NCBI RefSeq assembly: GCF_001194135.2
Contig: NC_068984.1
Coordinates: forward strand, 54,520,937 to 54,584,936
Length of the DNA stretch: 64,000 nt
DNA from: Octopus bimaculoides
Taxonomy: Eukaryota
Direction of reading: 5' to 3'
Notes under the pieces: model-generated
Told to the model about the DNA's origin: nothing
Database searches by the model: none
The model's input: the letters and a program-made list of their open reading frames with translations, nothing else
Translations under genes and position numbers: made by a program
Shown: in pieces, positions 59,344 through 64,000 of the stretch
Position numbering within the stretch: the stretch's first letter is position 1
How the letters are laid out: every line of letters begins with the position of its first letter

Positions 59344-60520
59344 CAATAACATATATGAACATAGACGTTGCATATAAAAGAGTAAAATAAACCAAAGTAG
59401 TAATTTAAAGTTTCAATAAATCTACAGAAATTAGTACACGACACGTAGATTGACAATAACTTCAGGTGTCTTATGTCAGGACACGATTTACTTGTAGTAA
59501 CACGTAAATGCGACCTGAAACTAAACAGTACGTTGAGCAGAATAATTAGCAAAAGTAGATTGTAGAAAATTTAATTGTTCTTGTTTATAGAAATATCATT
59601 TGTGAAATATCTGTCTTCGTCGTGTAATATCTTACTGTCATTTAAAGTTTTGCTATCGAAGTAAATTTATGGGAATAAGAAACTGAATTAATATTATCAT
59701 ACGTGAATGAATTTATAATCAAGGAAAAACTGACAATATTTCTTTTAGTGTGAGGCATGGGGTGGGAAACGAGCTCGGCATATAACTGGTACTTGTGGAT
59801 CCTTGAAAGATAGATAAACAAAGTAGTCTCAGCATATTTTTTTATAGCTTTTTATTAAAACGAAAACGAAATAGCTTGCAGCCATATAACTTTTCTTTTT
59901 TAATCATGGAATTGGACAAGCTTAAAGATATTAAAACCGTCCATTGTTATTACACATAACAATTAATCTGCCTCTTTTTCAATCCTCACGGTAAATTCCT
60001 CATAACAAGGTCAGTATATTATCATTATTAAATGTTTTGTCTTTCCTCGAAGTCATGTAATGACTAAGTCGTCTCTACCTGGGTTTGAAATGAGAATGTA
60101 GAGGGAAAAAGCAGCAAAAAATCTTTAAAAAGATACAATATTGTAATGCTGCAACCGTTTAAGCTTACCTCCAAATGCATTATTTTAATGCATGCAGCAG
60201 GTTTATGTGCATGAGATAAATTACGCCAGACTTATATTATTTAACAGTGGTCTTCAGATGTATAAGCTTCGTTGAAATAAAGTATTTACATCTCTTTAAA
60301 TGCTAGATATAATTCATATAATAGTTTATATTTCGTTAAAGCGATGTACTTCACTTTTACAATCGTCATCAGTTCTCGACGTGCATAGAATTCCGACAAG
60401 GACATATCAGGCTCATGGATTTGGAAAGAATTGATGACCTTTCCTTATATCTGAATGATTGCCTCGAGATGAGTGGGCCATGAAGCATTTTAAAAAGGAC
60501 AGCGGTTAGAACAGTAGATG

Positions 60521-60521
<1 letters not shown>

Positions 60522-60616
<95 letters not shown>

Positions 60617-60724
60617 CACACATACACACACACATGCACACACACGCGCGCACACACACATGCACACACACACATCACACATATACTTATGTATAATATA
60701 TACTTATACGAATGTATCAGTTTA

Positions 60725-60759
<35 letters not shown>

Positions 60760-60892
60760 TCTCTCTTGCTCCTCTCTCTCTCTATATATATCTATGTCTC
60801 TATCTCTCTCTATATATGCACATACATACATATATATATATATATATAGATATACATACATATATAATTATATATATATGTATATATATACA

Positions 60893-60925
<33 letters not shown>

Positions 60926-60947
60926 TTACATTCACATACATGAACTC

Positions 60948-60978
<31 letters not shown>

Positions 60979-61011
60979 TATATATATATGTATATATACC
61001 TATATACATAT
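60522..61011. repeat. Long compound microsatellite block (CA, TGTC, TC, TA, CATA)
   Basis: Direct inspection; ends at a gap. Confidence 0.93.
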
Positions 61012-61128
61012 NNNNNNNNNNNNNNNNNNNNNNNNNNNNNNNNNNNNNNNNNNNNNNNNNNNNNNNNNNNNNNNNNNNNNNNNNNNNNNNNNNNNNNNNN
61101 NNNNNNNNNNNNNNNNNNNNNNNNNNNN

Positions 61129-61186
<58 letters not shown>

Positions 61187-61476
61187 GGAGAGAGAGAGAG
61201 GGAGAGAGAGGGAGAGAGAGATCTTTCTTTATACTTTATTTCTTTGCCCTTTCAAAGCTTGAATACATAAATTTTACTATGAGTCTTTCAATTAATGCGT
61301 TTTCCTTACAATTTGTTTAGATATTTGCTGACTGAAATATTAATTTGATAAAAGTAACTTCATAGCGGGATGTTATGAACGCTTCTTTTTTTTACAGTTG
61401 TCTAAGGGATATTTTTAACCTTTTGCACCAATTGGTACAATATTAATTTTTTTATAGAATACAACTAGTATTATAT

Positions 61477-61692
61477 TGCTTTCAAAGTTTGACACAAAAA
61501 CAGCAAGTTCGGAAGAGGGAACAAGTCAATTACATCGACCCAGTACACAGCTGCTATTTACTTTATCAACACCGATAAGATGAAAGACAAAGTCGACCAC
61601 GGCGGAATTTCAACTTAAAACGTAAAGACGGACGAAAGGCCGTTAAGTATTTTTTCCGGCGTGCTAACAGTTCTGCCAGCTCACCACCTTCA
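61477..61692 (-). mobile_element. SINE family A
   Basis: Reverse complement of head, core and tail. Flanks gtattatattg and gtattatgttg resemble a TSD. Confidence 0.82.
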
Positions 61693-63440
61693 GTTTGTAT
61701 TATGTTGAAATTGAGTGGCTAAGTTTCGTTAGTGAGAAAAATACTGACATCTTTTAACTGATCACACTCACACCTACGCACAAAAGCTTTTACCGAAGAA
61801 AGCAAATACAGTGAAACAACAACAGGACATTTTACTGGCACTTGTAATATCTACATTTGACCTGAGGCTTGATCTACTGGTATTGACAAAAATACTTCGC
61901 GAACCATCTGTTTTTTTCTAGACTGATGCTTATTCCCTGCTAATCAGTTTTCGTAGAGTGAAACAGATGAGGGATTAAGTTCCTCCAGTTATCCCTTCCG
62001 GCAGGCATATTAGCATCTATGCTTCCAGTCATCAAATCATCATCGGATTTGCTGAATAGTTCTTCTTGAGTCAAGCAGACGTTTCATGAAAAGAATTCCG
62101 ATCAAGACCATCCCTATTTTCTCCTTTTCAGGTCAAGGAATACATTATCGAATATTTCTTCTTTTTTCTTTTTAAGAAAATAAAGTGTAATTTGTGGTCG
62201 ATTTGACCGCTATTTATTGCAGGTTGAATGTCTTTTTAGAGTTGAGATTTTCTGGATTGCAGACGAAATTTCGCCAACATTTGAATTTAAAATCACTTGT
62301 TGACGAAGTCCCTTAAATGCGATAAAAGTAACGGTTTGAACCTTAATACCAAAAAACACTAAGTTAAAATAAGTCACATGCATATAAATTCTTAGAATTA
62401 GAGATTCGTTAATTTTTTTCCAGTTCATATGTAGGCGATGCATATGTCCTTTGCTCAGGCATATCTGTGGTATAATTTGTGGTATACCCATATGTTTTAA
62501 ATTTTCAGTGTAAACTGCATTTTCTAATCTATTATATCGTAAAGTTTCTCAAACATGAAGCCAACGAAGTTTACCAAAGTAATTTCTATTTTATGCCCTC
62601 AGTGATTTAATGGGAGTCATTGCTAATGAAATTATGGTATAAGATTGCTTGATGAAAGACTTGACGATTCATCACCTCCTACCTGTGCTGCACTGTGTTT
62701 ATTAAGCAGGATATTCCTAGTAGATCCGTTCAGTTATATATTCTTTTGTTTCTTTGTCTCTTGGAACATGCATCTTATTAAATTTATCTTCAAGTTTTAA
62801 TAGGACAAGCAAATTATTTTTTTAAAAAAGACTGTTATCACTTTTATTTTGTGAGCATTTTTTAAAGTTCTTTTCTACGAATCTATTTTAAGAATCCTTA
62901 ATTGTTTTTATAGATAAGAGCCATTAACTGATACGATCAAATGAACGCTTCCAAATTCTTTAAGATAGATCTAAATGAATAGAGTGAAAAAGGAAAATAA
63001 GTTGCTATTGGCATTACCGTTATCATAATTCTAAAGTATTTTGCCCGATTATTGTTGTAAATGTTAATTATTGATTTCCTACATTAATATAAAGCTGAAA
63101 AAATAAGCGAGAAAATGATAAGAATGAAAATGTAAAGCACAGCACTTTTTCAAGAGAATTAGCAAGATAAGAAAAATAAAAAAGCATCAATCAAGAATAC
63201 TGGATCTCAGACCAGCGTTCCAATACAACCTTAGCCACAATGGCTTAATAAAAACTTATATACTCAAATGTATTACATTACATAAAATAAAGAATATCTG
63301 GGTAAGTGTGTCACGGGCAATCTATCTCAGCATTCATTAACAGTTAGAGTACTGAATTACTGAAAATTGTTCGCCTGCCTTGCAAATCTAAACTCAAATC
63401 CATTCACGGATATACTTTATAGTATGATACGCTTACTACC

Positions 63441-63720
63441 CAACAGGTCAGTCGAGGTCTTGAGCCAATTTTATTGAACTGATACTACAATAGAATGCTA
63501 TGTCGCTTTAAACATGTTTTAGGTGGTAAACTAAGCACAACACTTAGGTTAGGACTACCATATTGCCCTGGGTTCCTTTAATGCAGTTCACTGAAGTACA
63601 AACACTCGGACAATGATTTCTATTTGCGAACACCACAATTTGTCGATGCGCTGTTTCGGACTGCATAGTCAGTTGCTCAATGTCATTGTCTGTCAGAGGG
63701 TTCATGAAAACAGCTGTACA
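63441..63720 (-). mobile_element. Possible decayed YqaJ-like (lambda exonuclease family) domain of a DNA transposon
   Basis: PLTDNDIEQLTMQSE resembles IE..T..QS; WLKTSTDLL resembles WLGASPDG(L)V. Intervening motifs are not clearly recoverable. Confidence 0.3.
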
Positions 63721-64000
63721 TAGTTTTAACTTTCCTCACGTTGGGTACCTCTTCCCTTTCCTTCCATACCACTATAGCTGCTGCTTTAGTCGCAGAAGTG
63801 CTTACAGGTACTATACTAATGCTAAGAAGGAGGGAATGTTTTACTGAGGGGTACAGAGAGATGAGAGTTAAATTTAACTGCGAAAAGGTTTGATATTGAA
63901 GTTAAGAAGATGAAACTAAATTCTGTACCTTTTAAAATCTTCTATTAAATTTCTTCTGCTAATTAAACCATTCTTCATAAATTATAGATTTGAAGCTGCG

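Noticed and set aside
60381-60483. Possible small exon (FSTCIEFRQGHIRLMDLERIDDLSLYLNDCLEM)
   Set aside because: Ends in a stop with no convincing donor site and no recognisable homology.
60369-61320. Many ORFs of CV, TH, YI, ER, poly-N, poly-L or poly-E type here and elsewhere
   Set aside because: Translations of di-, tri- and tetranucleotide repeats.

Overview
Eukaryotic, AT-rich, repeat-saturated DNA from a gapped draft assembly (nine N-gaps, most of them flanked by microsatellites). The SINE families and overall repeat landscape look like an octopus (coleoid cephalopod) genome; this is an inference from recognition, not a database result. I found no host protein-coding gene, rRNA, intact tRNA or CRISPR array, so the window is probably intergenic or part of a large intron. 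Almost all listed ORFs derive from microsatellites, N-runs, SINEs or decayed transposons. Contents: three tRNA-headed SINE families (family A with a CORE-like domain is the most abundant, about 20 copies); decayed LINEs of Tx1/L1-like, Dong/R4-like, RTE-like and other restriction-like-endonuclease (REL) types; Penelope-like element (PLE) fragments; and mariner/Tc1 DNA transposons, including one full-length mariner with TIRs and TA target duplication. Most interesting: (1) a small non-coding element carrying a minimal type I hammerhead ribozyme, with an intact copy inserted with a 12-bp TSD into a LINE RT gene and a second, mutated copy; (2) SINEs stacked at one target with the TSD reiterated between divergent copies; (3) long inverted repeats, namely a 337-bp foldback with hammerhead-like cores and a recent ~200-bp inverted duplication; (4) a same-strand stack of Dong/R4 LINEs at (AAT)n tracts. 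Translations and alignments were done by eye, and boundaries of decayed elements are approximate.
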